Shown in pieces: positions 16,930-24,000 of a stretch of 24,000 nucleotides of DNA. The DNA is from an uncultured Prevotellaceae bacterium. Lineage in GTDB: Bacteria; Bacteroidota; Bacteroidia; Bacteroidales; Bacteroidaceae. The notes beneath the pieces were generated by a model. It saw only the letters and a program-made list of their open reading frames with translations. It did no database searches and had not been told where the DNA came from. The position numbers and the translations under genes are program-made. The stretch is from assembly GCA_900318815.1 (NCBI GenBank), contig ONMA01000007.1, positions 93,494 through 117,493 on the forward strand. Reading direction: 5' to 3'. Positions within the stretch are counted from its first letter, which is position 1. The number at the start of each line of letters is the position of its first letter.

Positions 16930-18086
16930 CACTTCTTGATTTCCGCTTTGATGCGACTGACCACTCTTTCTGTTGCATGGCCATCTTCCAGACTGCCATA
17001 CAGTTGATTGAACGCTTCCAATTCATTCAAGTAACTAACCTCATCGAAACGCATCATCGCACCCACCAACTCATCATTATCTCTACAAACAGGGAAGGGA
17101 ACCTTGTCAAACCAGTCTTTCAGCCCACGCATTTTCTGATACTCCTTGATGTCTTTCGCAAAAAGGAAAACAGGGCGCCTCATGAGCATGAAGTCAAACA
17201 TGGTGCTGGAATAATCGGTAATCAGCATGTCTGAAGCAATAAGTAGCTCCTGAATATCTGGATAGTCGGTCACATCAATCACCGTGTCGGAATACGTAAT
17301 ATCTGGCTTGCCGTACCAAATGAAGTTGGGATGCAAACGGATGAGTAGCCGACACTTCTTGCCTGTCTTTTCTTCCAGTTTTACCAATAGCCGCTTCGTA
17401 TCAAGATTGTAAACAGACATATCCCCCTCATTCCTGAACGTGGGGGCATATAATACAACAACTTCGTCTTTACCTATGCCAAGCTTACCTCGTATCGCTA
17501 ACATCTGGCTGTTGGTAAAATGGAAGAAAATGTCATTGCGTGGCAATCCATATTCCTCAATCTCGCCATCATACCAGAAGAAATCCTTCATCTCCTGCGT
17601 CTGCATCTTGCTACTCGACAAGAACAAGTCAGAAACAGACGAATGCCATTTGCTTCCTTCTATATAGGGCTGTCCCAATCCCTTGGCAGCCTTTTCCACA
17701 TACTTAGCACCACTCTGGCCATGAGGGATATAGATAAAGAACTGGTTCTTCTTTTTCCTAAGATTGACCCGCCCCTTCATGGTGGTCACGATGACTTTGG
17801 CCGTGGCCAATTCATAGACAGAACGTATCCGTGCTAAATAGACTTTCCTGATAGGTCTGGGAATGTCAAGCGACATGTTGTTGACCAGCCAAACGATGTC
17901 AAAAGAGAACCCTTCCTTCAATAGGGCTTCTGCTATGTATTTCGGACTGTCGCCATACCCCAGACCATAGTCGTGGAGAAGAACAATCTTGTTTCTTCTC
18001 ACAGGAAGATAATAGAACAAATTGATACATTTGTTGAGTATCTTCGAGTAAATGGTCTTATATAAGAAACTGCTTAATCTGGACAC
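16929..18086 (-). CDS. CDP-alcohol (glycerol/ribitol)-phosphotransferase family protein, TagB/TagF-like
   Basis: 385 aa. LLIRLHPNF and ITDYSSTMFDFMLMRRPVFLFAKDIKEY match the conserved C-terminal catalytic region of the Glyphos_transf family. The apparent start is GTG (18084-18086), with no in-frame ATG for about 70 codons. Confidence 0.75.
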   Translation of the reverse strand: MSRLSSFLYKTIYSKILNKCINLFYYLPVRRNKIVLLHDYGLGYGDSPKYIAEALLKEGFSFDIVWLVNNMSLDIPRPIRKVYLARIRSVYELATAKVIVTTMKGRVNLRKKKNQFFIYIPHGQSGAKYVEKAAKGLGQPYIEGSKWHSSVSDLFLSSSKMQTQEMKDFFWYDGEIEEYGLPRNDIFFHFTNSQMLAIRGKLGIGKDEVVVLYAPTFRNEGDMSVYNLDTKRLLVKLEEKTGKKCRLLIRLHPNFIWYGKPDITYSDTVIDVTDYPDIQELLIASDMLITDYSSTMFDFMLMRRPVFLFAKDIKEYQKMRGLKDWFDKVPFPVCRDNDELVGAMMRFDEVSYLNELEAFNQLYGSLEDGHATERVVSRIKAEIKK

Positions 18087-18094
18087 GGTAGCAA

Positions 18095-19372
18095 TTATTC
18101 TAAACGATGAGCGACATTCATTCCACTGATCAGACTCTGGTCACTCCAAAGATAATCCCATTCACCGAAACGCCCTATCGTCTCTATACCAACCGACAAG
18201 AGATAATCACGTACTATCTTCCGGGCCTGGTAGATGGGCTTGGAGAAGATGACATTAGCATACGGCTCAAAGTCAACTTTCGAAAAGAGAACATCTTCCT
18301 GCCTGATAATACCAGACTCTATGAATTCCCCCACCGTTCCCTGAAGTAGTTCGCTCTCAGTGTAGGCATCCTTTTTACAATAGATTTCAATTTGCAAGCT
18401 ACTACAGCCTTCTGGTGCATTATCGGAGGATTTTAATGAAGGAGAATAGACACGTGCCGACAGAATGTCCTCATCATAGATGTACCACCACAGATATGGC
18501 GGAATGTTCTTGGTCTTTAAGCCGACAGAGATATGGTAGCCAGAGGTACACTCCAACTGGTCTGATGCCATGACGACACGCTCTGGTGCGTCATGGAGGC
18601 ACTTGACCAGTTCGGGCAATGGCATGCTGCTGATAAGCCTATCGTAGGCAAACGTATCTCCAGACTTGGTGTAGACCAATTTCCTGACAGCATCTATTTT
18701 GCCAATCTCCATGAGATAGCGAATGTCTGCATCCTTGGCAAATTCTTTCAGAAAGCCTCGATACCCACCTGTCTTGGGATAACGCATCTCCTTGGCATAA
18801 TAGGTCATCGGCGTCTGGGCAGACTTGCTACCCATAATTACTTCGTCTACAGAAGGCTGATAGAGTCGTTTACCTACCCACTCCGTCCGCAAGTCACGGG
18901 CTTCCTTCATCCAATACTTACGGGTATAGACCATGGGGAAATGCTCTGCAAAATAGTTACCGTATTGTAGTCGTAGCCACTGCTCGTAGTTCTGGACTTC
19001 ATTTTGAAACTTGGGACGACTGAGGAAGTCGTTGATAACAAGTTCCTTTTCTTCGGCTGCCAAAGGGAACAGATTGTTCTGGGCAGGATGCTTGATCCAC
19101 ATCCGTTTATAGATATTATACGGATTGGGAATATGGGTGATAATCTCTGGCGAGGATAGCCGGAAGAGACTCTTCACATTCTCATCCTGTGTATGGGAAA
19201 GATGGACAAAACGGTCAAAGCGGAAGCCTTCGATCTCAAAACTTCCACATAATCCGCCATAGTCGCAGTCTTTTTCCAGAATAACAGAAGGGACTCCGCT
19301 CTTCCTGAGTGCGTAGGAGGCACCCAAGCCTGCTATACCAGCGCCAATGATAACTACGCTTCTTTGATTCAT
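18095..19372 (-). CDS. FAD-dependent flavoprotein, nucleotide-sugar pyranose/furanose mutase (Glf/UGM)-like
   Basis: 425 aa. The N-terminal dinucleotide fold is VVIIGAGIAGLGASYAL...VILEKDCDYGGLCGS. There is an internal YTRKYW, and the C-terminal IGRFGEWDYLWSDQSLISG parallels the GYTEKQWG and GGRLAEYKYYDMHQVI motifs of E. coli Glf as I remember them. A generic amine-oxidase-like oxidoreductase cannot be excluded. Confidence 0.6.
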   Translation of the reverse strand: MNQRSVVIIGAGIAGLGASYALRKSGVPSVILEKDCDYGGLCGSFEIEGFRFDRFVHLSHTQDENVKSLFRLSSPEIITHIPNPYNIYKRMWIKHPAQNNLFPLAAEEKELVINDFLSRPKFQNEVQNYEQWLRLQYGNYFAEHFPMVYTRKYWMKEARDLRTEWVGKRLYQPSVDEVIMGSKSAQTPMTYYAKEMRYPKTGGYRGFLKEFAKDADIRYLMEIGKIDAVRKLVYTKSGDTFAYDRLISSMPLPELVKCLHDAPERVVMASDQLECTSGYHISVGLKTKNIPPYLWWYIYDEDILSARVYSPSLKSSDNAPEGCSSLQIEIYCKKDAYTESELLQGTVGEFIESGIIRQEDVLFSKVDFEPYANVIFSKPIYQARKIVRDYLLSVGIETIGRFGEWDYLWSDQSLISGMNVAHRLE

Positions 19373-20280
19373 TTTGTATATTGTCCTTCCTTCATCATCA
19401 TAACACCTTGCTCCACGGATATCTGCGCTCTCCAGTTGACCAATGCGATGTTCTTGGCGATGGGAGCAACGGCGTGCATCGTATCCCTTTCACGATAGGG
19501 ACGGCCGCCCCATCGGATATTACATTTCCTACCGTAGACTTGTTCTACGATTGCCACCAGTTCCCTGATACTGATGCCCTTACCCGTACCCACATGAAAC
19601 TCCTCGCCATTATCCAAGCGAAGGAACAGATCAGGATTCTTAAGAATATGGACATAGAAACCGGCCAAGTCACAGACATGGGTAAAGTCGAGAATCTGTT
19701 CACCAGCTGTCATATCTACAGGTTCTTCCGCGTCCATTGCCTCTACGATATAGTCCATCAGACGCTTTACTGTGGGTTTCCCTCCATAGATGGAATAGGG
19801 AACAACAGTGATGTACTTAAATCCCTTGAGTTGGGAATAATAGTCTACAAAATGGCGATAGGCGCTCTTAGTTGCTGCATAGAGATAGGCATCGTTAAGA
19901 GCAGAAGGACCGTAACGGTATTCAGCAAACGAGCCTGTATTGACAAACAATCGCAAGGCATCGCATCGCGTCAGAGCATCTAACAACAACACCCCGAACT
20001 CGATGTTTGCCGATAACATGGGTCTGATAATCTCCGTATCGTTCCTGGGTGTTGTCACCGTGGCAAGATGCATGGCCATCTCCGGGTTGAACTGAACCAC
20101 CTCGTCAAGATCCGATGTCAGGATATGACGACAGTTGGGGTATGGGTACATTTCTCTTGCCTTCTCTATATCGGAAGGTATATTCAGCGTCAGTATCTGC
20201 ACAGCTGGTACTTCCCTGATGATCATGGGTAGTAAGTTCTGACCTACAAATCCAGTAATTCCTGTCAGTAATAATCGCAT
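19369..20280 (-). CDS. NAD(P)-dependent sugar-nucleotide epimerase/reductase (extended SDR), probable 4-ketoreductase of the CDP-6-deoxyhexose pathway
   Basis: 303 aa. The glycine-rich LLLTGITGFVGQNL and the YxxxK motif in YLYAATKSAY are present. It has a 4-nt overlap with the downstream flavoprotein gene and lies immediately after the cupin epimerase gene. Confidence 0.8.
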   Translation of the reverse strand: MRLLLTGITGFVGQNLLPMIIREVPAVQILTLNIPSDIEKAREMYPYPNCRHILTSDLDEVVQFNPEMAMHLATVTTPRNDTEIIRPMLSANIEFGVLLLDALTRCDALRLFVNTGSFAEYRYGPSALNDAYLYAATKSAYRHFVDYYSQLKGFKYITVVPYSIYGGKPTVKRLMDYIVEAMDAEEPVDMTAGEQILDFTHVCDLAGFYVHILKNPDLFLRLDNGEEFHVGTGKGISIRELVAIVEQVYGRKCNIRWGGRPYRERDTMHAVAPIAKNIALVNWRAQISVEQGVMMMKEGQYTK

Positions 20281-20285
20281 AGCAC

Positions 20286-20729
20286 TTAAAAACGATAAGA
20301 GATTGATTCCAATGGTAATCTGTCGCCCTCACTGTCATCATGAGGTTCAGGGATAATGTCCATCAGCATAGATGTCTGAGTGCCTACCCCTGCGAAAGCC
20401 ATCCAAAGACCAGGTGCTACGGTAAGACGCAGATAGTTATCATCGGGCGAGAGCGTTATTTCCGTGAACTCTCCGTAGGTAGGACTCTTGTCGCGGTCAT
20501 CATAAATGACGAATTTTACTTGGCCCATGACAACGACCAAGTTCAAGGTCATCCTGTTATGCCGCTTCCATCCTTTCACCTCGCCGGGATGAATCTGCGT
20601 GAAGTAAGCCTCGCCAAAACCAGCATATCCCTCGTCAGTACTTTTCAAGGCATGGAGGATATCACCCTTGGGATGGGGTATGCGCCTTAGCGGATGTAAT
20701 ATGACACCTTCCACCATTATTCTGCCCAT
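20286..20729 (-). CDS. RmlC-like cupin, short sugar-nucleotide 3,5- (or 3-/5-) epimerase
   Basis: About 143-147 aa. KGWKRHNRMTLNLVVVMGQVKFVIYDDRDKSPTYGEFTEITLSPDDNYLRLTVAPGLWMAFAGVG aligns by eye with the RGLH...DlR..SPTfG...Ls..N...l.iP.G.aHGF core of dTDP-4-dehydrorhamnose 3,5-epimerases. The start is either the ATG at 20729 (13-nt overlap with rfbG) or the ATG at 20715-20717 (TAATG stop/start overlap). Confidence 0.8.
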   Translation of the reverse strand: MGRIMVEGVILHPLRRIPHPKGDILHALKSTDEGYAGFGEAYFTQIHPGEVKGWKRHNRMTLNLVVVMGQVKFVIYDDRDKSPTYGEFTEITLSPDDNYLRLTVAPGLWMAFAGVGTQTSMLMDIIPEPHDDSEGDRLPLESISYRF

Positions 20730-21814
20730 TCAAGTTGCTGATCTTTCGCGTTTGCAACATATTCCTCAATCTGAGATACGGTAAGGCGGTACATATCCTT
20801 TCCACGCTCCTGATAAAATGCCTTATACCAATCTGCGATGAAGCGAACGCAGTCTTCATAGTGCAAAGTAGAATGCCAATGAAGCTCTGCCAAGGCCTTA
20901 TCACAATTCAGCTTCAGCAGAGTAGCCTCCCTGAATGGGGCGTTGCCAGTCAGTTGTACAATCTCTGGTTGTAGTTCCCATAAGTTCGCCAGATCCTGGG
21001 CCAGCTCGTAGACGGTCTTTGTCTGCTCAGCACGTGGGCCAAAATTATAGATTTCGCCATTGAGACATTTCCCTTCTGCCAAATACCACCCCAAGGTCAA
21101 GTAGCCACTAAGGGGTTCTAACACATGCTGCCAGGGACGTGTGGCCTTAGGACTACGCACTTCTACGGTCTCGCCCTTTGAGAAAGCCTTGATGCAGTCA
21201 ACGACAATGCGATCCTTGGCCCAGTCTCCTCCACCAATCACATTGCCTGCACGGGTGACGCCAAGCCTGATGTTCGGCATATCTTTGATGAAAGAATGCC
21301 AGTAGGACTTGATGACAAGCTCCGCTGCACCCTTGGAACCGGAATAGACATCTTTGCCGCCAAGACGGTCGGTCTCGCGATACCCCCAGATCCACTCCAC
21401 ATTGTCGTAGGCCTTGTCGCTGGTAATCAGGATGCAAGTGCAATCCCATGTAATCTTTCGGATGCTCTCGCAGACAACCGTTGTTCCGATGACGTTGGTC
21501 GTAATAGTATCGAACGGCTCTTCGTAGGAAGTGAGTACCAATGCCTGCGCAGCAAGATGAATCAAGAAATCAGGGCGTACTTGCTGTACGTATGCGCAGA
21601 AGGCTTCCCTGTCTCGAATATCACCAAATTGCTGATGCATCCTATTCTCCATGTCCAGCACCTCAAACATGGAAGGCTGTGTAGGAATACCCAGCGCGTA
21701 GCCGTAGACATCGGCCCCCAGCATGGTAAGCCACGTACATAGCCAGGTTCCCTTGAAGCCAGTACTGCCAGTTACCAGAACCTTCTTTCCCTTGTATATG
21801 TTGTCAAATGCCAT
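20717..21814 (-). CDS. rfbG: CDP-glucose 4,6-dehydratase
   Basis: 365 aa. The N-terminus YKGKKVLVTGSTGFKGTWLCTWL is nearly diagnostic of RfbG/DdhB. The SDR catalytic region DVYSGSKGAAELV is present. The gene is directly downstream of rfbF. Confidence 0.9.
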   Translation of the reverse strand: MAFDNIYKGKKVLVTGSTGFKGTWLCTWLTMLGADVYGYALGIPTQPSMFEVLDMENRMHQQFGDIRDREAFCAYVQQVRPDFLIHLAAQALVLTSYEEPFDTITTNVIGTTVVCESIRKITWDCTCILITSDKAYDNVEWIWGYRETDRLGGKDVYSGSKGAAELVIKSYWHSFIKDMPNIRLGVTRAGNVIGGGDWAKDRIVVDCIKAFSKGETVEVRSPKATRPWQHVLEPLSGYLTLGWYLAEGKCLNGEIYNFGPRAEQTKTVYELAQDLANLWELQPEIVQLTGNAPFREATLLKLNCDKALAELHWHSTLHYEDCVRFIADWYKAFYQERGKDMYRLTVSQIEEYVANAKDQQLEWAE

Positions 21815-21824
21815 ATTATAGTGT

Positions 21825-22625
21825 TTATCTTACAATGGGTATTTCATACTCCCACTTCTTCCAAGGAGCCTTGTCAGCCAACAGCAGTTTCTCCAACATC
21901 ATCTTCTCACGGATATTGTCCATGCACTGCCAGAAGCCTTCATGAATATAGGACATCAGCTGACCTTCTGCGGCCAACGTCTCCAAGGGTGTACGCTCGA
22001 AGACACAGGTGTCATCGGAAAGATAACTAAAAATCTCGGGCTGCAAAACCATGTAACCGGCATTAATTGGCGCACCGTCGTTGATGTTCTTCTCACGGAA
22101 GGACTTCACAGCCTGATCACCATCAATATTCAGTACCCCCTTGTCCTGTGCAAGTTTTACTGCTGTCAGAGTGGCCAGTTTTCCATGGCTCTGATGGAAA
22201 GCCAACAGTTTGTTAATGTCCACATCACAGACCCCGTCACCGTAGGTCATAAAAAACGGTTCGTTTCCCACATACTTCTGTATGCGTTTGATGCGTCCAC
22301 CCGTCATGGTGTTGTAGCCAGTGTCGACTACGGTCACCCGCCAGGGTTCACAATGGCTTTCATGGATAACCATTTCGGATTTGTTATCACGATAGTCGAA
22401 AGTGACATCCGAATGATGGAGAAAATAGTTGGCAAACCACTCCTTGATGTACTCCTGACGATAGCCTGCACAGATAATGAACTCGGAATGTCCGTAATAA
22501 GCATACTCCTTCATGATATGCCAGAGTATGGGCATACCCCCTATCTCAATCATGGGCTTGGGCTTATACAGGGACTCCTCGCTGATACGAGTACCAAAGC
22601 CACCAGCTAATAATACAACTTTCAT
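21825..22625 (-). CDS. rfbF: Glucose-1-phosphate cytidylyltransferase
   Basis: 266 aa. MKVVLLAGGFGTRISEESLYKPKPMIEIGGMPILWHIMKEY closely mirrors the RfbF/DdhA N-terminus (MKAVILAGGLGTRLSEET..KPKPMVEIGGKPILWHIMK). Confidence 0.92.
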   Translation of the reverse strand: MKVVLLAGGFGTRISEESLYKPKPMIEIGGMPILWHIMKEYAYYGHSEFIICAGYRQEYIKEWFANYFLHHSDVTFDYRDNKSEMVIHESHCEPWRVTVVDTGYNTMTGGRIKRIQKYVGNEPFFMTYGDGVCDVDINKLLAFHQSHGKLATLTAVKLAQDKGVLNIDGDQAVKSFREKNINDGAPINAGYMVLQPEIFSYLSDDTCVFERTPLETLAAEGQLMSYIHEGFWQCMDNIREKMMLEKLLLADKAPWKKWEYEIPIVR

Positions 22626-22632
22626 AATACGG

Positions 22633-24000
22633 TCAAAATGAGAGTTTTCCTTTACTGTTCTTCACATAAGCCCAACTCTCTATATGGAAAAATTCAGAAA
22701 TGCCTATGTATATCAGAATTCCGAGGAATGTCTGTAGGCTTACCAAGACATATAGGTTGATGTCGAGACGCCCTATCAGATAGACACAAACAGCCATGAG
22801 TATTGCAACAGAAGCATTATCGCTAATATCCTTCAATTGCTCTTTGATATGATAATGTATGAGCTTCTTATTGGGGAAGGCATTCACAAACATGGTGAAA
22901 ATGCCATAGACACACATGCCAATGGCAATGGCCAAGGGACTGATGAACATGGTGGCAATCAGGATTGCCATCAGGACGGGTTTCTTATAAAGTTCTAACT
23001 TCAGCAGGGTGTTTACTTGTCCCATGCCATTGAGCACTTGCATATTGGCTGTATTCAGGATGGTGAAACATTCCGAGATGCAGAACACCTGCATGAAAGG
23101 GATACAGGCTTCCCATTTCTCAGTATACAAAAGGATGACCAAATGGTCGGCTATAGCTGCCAAGCCCAATACCATGGGGAAGAGGAGGAAAGAACTCGTT
23201 TTGATAGAACGCCTGACCGCGTTTTTTACGGCCTCCTTATCGTCCTGTAACTTTGCAAAGACTGGGAACAAAACGGTATTGATGGACGAATCAATATTCC
23301 TGGTAAATATCTGTGGTACCCCCTCACCACGATTATAATAGGCCAAGTCTGTAGGAGTATATTTCAGACCAATAATATATCCCCGTAATTGTCCAAAGGC
23401 TGTTCCAATGAGACTTGAAAGCATATATTTTGATCCGACCACAAACAACGACCTGAAACGTTCAACAGAAAAAATGAATCGTGGCAACCAACGGACTTGA
23501 AAAAAGACGGTAATGGTGTTCAGTAGGTTTGCCAACAAATTCTGTGCAACCAATGCCCATACTCCACATCCTTGATAAGCCAAGTATACGCCTATACCAC
23601 CCGAAACAACCGTACCTACCATTGTTGCATAGAAGTAGGTCTTAAAGGCCATCTTGCGCGTTACGATGACACCTTGGATGCCTCCAATACACCCCAAGGG
23701 CATTCCCAAGGCCAAGACACGGATAACGGAAGTGAGTCGTGGAGTATGGAAAAGGGCAGAAAAGAATGGGGCTAATGCAAAGACGACAAGATAGACGATG
23801 ACAGAGAATAAGAGCTGTATCCAGAATATGGTGTTATAGTCAATATCGTCAATATCTTTTTTCTGGACTAATGCTCTGCCGAATCCGCAGTCAACAAAAA
23901 TTCCTATTAATATAATAAACATGCCTGCTAATGCCACAACCCCAAATTCTTCCGGCATAAGCAAGCGGGCAAGTACGACAGAAATACCAAAACTAACAAC
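22633..24000 (-). CDS. wzx: Wzx-type polysaccharide flippase (MOP/PST family), 5' end beyond the window
   Basis: The protein is hydrophobic throughout (12 or more helices). The reading frame stays open from 23964 to the window edge: translating 23965-24000 gives ...VVSFGISVVLARL, which continues into LMPEEFGVVAL, the typical Wzx N-terminal ARLL.PE.FG region. The ORF-track start at 23964 is therefore an internal TTG. Confidence 0.85.
   Translation of the reverse strand, partial: VVSFGISVVLARLLMPEEFGVVALAGMFIILIGIFVDCGFGRALVQKKDIDDIDYNTIFWIQLLFSVIVYLVVFALAPFFSALFHTPRLTSVIRVLALGMPLGCIGGIQGVIVTRKMAFKTYFYATMVGTVVSGGIGVYLAYQGCGVWALVAQNLLANLLNTITVFFQVRWLPRFIFSVERFRSLFVVGSKYMLSSLIGTAFGQLRGYIIGLKYTPTDLAYYNRGEGVPQIFTRNIDSSINTVLFPVFAKLQDDKEAVKNAVRRSIKTSSFLLFPMVLGLAAIADHLVILLYTEKWEACIPFMQVFCISECFTILNTANMQVLNGMGQVNTLLKLELYKKPVLMAILIATMFISPLAIAIGMCVYGIFTMFVNAFPNKKLIHYHIKEQLKDISDNASVAILMAVCVYLIGRLDINLYVLVSLQTFLGILIYIGISEFFHIESWAYVKNSKGKLSF

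Noticed and set aside
1-24000. A search for tRNA/rRNA genes, CRISPR arrays, IS elements, integrases, toxin-antitoxin pairs or defence-system hallmarks.
   Set aside because: None was found. Every ORF longer than about 140 aa that is not an antisense shadow is accounted for by the transporter/lipoprotein pair or the polysaccharide operon. No spaced direct-repeat arrays and no transposase or recombinase motifs were seen.

Overview
The window looks like a Bacteroidota (Prevotella/Bacteroides-like) chromosomal segment; this taxonomic call is inference from gene content, a TAnnTTTG-type promoter box and tight operon packing. It has two parts that converge on a bidirectional hairpin terminator at about 3944-3982.

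(1) Plus strand, 171-3921. This holds a very large single-polypeptide ABC transporter of 967 aa. Its layout is an N-terminal extension, one nucleotide-binding domain, then an ABC-2/ABCG-like membrane domain with a roughly 180-aa loop before the last helix. A cysteine-lipobox lipoprotein of unknown function follows 40 nt downstream.

(2) Minus strand, 24000 down to 4010. This is one long, almost gap-free surface-polysaccharide (capsule/O-antigen, Wzx/Wzy-type) biosynthesis operon of 21 genes. In transcription order they are:
- Wzx flippase (5' end outside the window)
- rfbF and rfbG (CDP-glucose synthesis and 4,6-dehydration)
- RmlC-like cupin
- SDR reductase
- Glf-like flavoprotein
- TagB/TagF-type phosphotransferase
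- AT3 membrane acyltransferase
- two GT2 glycosyltransferases
- Vat/CatB-like acetyltransferase
- an unrecognisable 315-aa protein
- two more hexapeptide acyltransferases
- GT32-like DXD transferase
- Wzy-like polymerase
- another hexapeptide acetyltransferase
- GT4
- GT26 (WecG/TagA/CpsF)
- WbaP-like initiating phosphoglycosyl transferase
- a signal-peptide outer-membrane-type protein

I saw no rRNA, tRNA, CRISPR array, transposase or integrase.

The parts most worth follow-up:
- a CDP-6-deoxyhexose cassette coupled to a pyranose/furanose-mutase-like flavoenzyme and an orphan TagF-like transferase
- an unusual load of five acyltransferases
- a GC-rich orphan gene next to the only real intergenic gap, which carries a perfect 20-bp tandem direct repeat
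- the atypical ABC transporter/lipoprotein pair

All functional calls rest on motifs recognised by eye from the supplied translations. No database search was possible.
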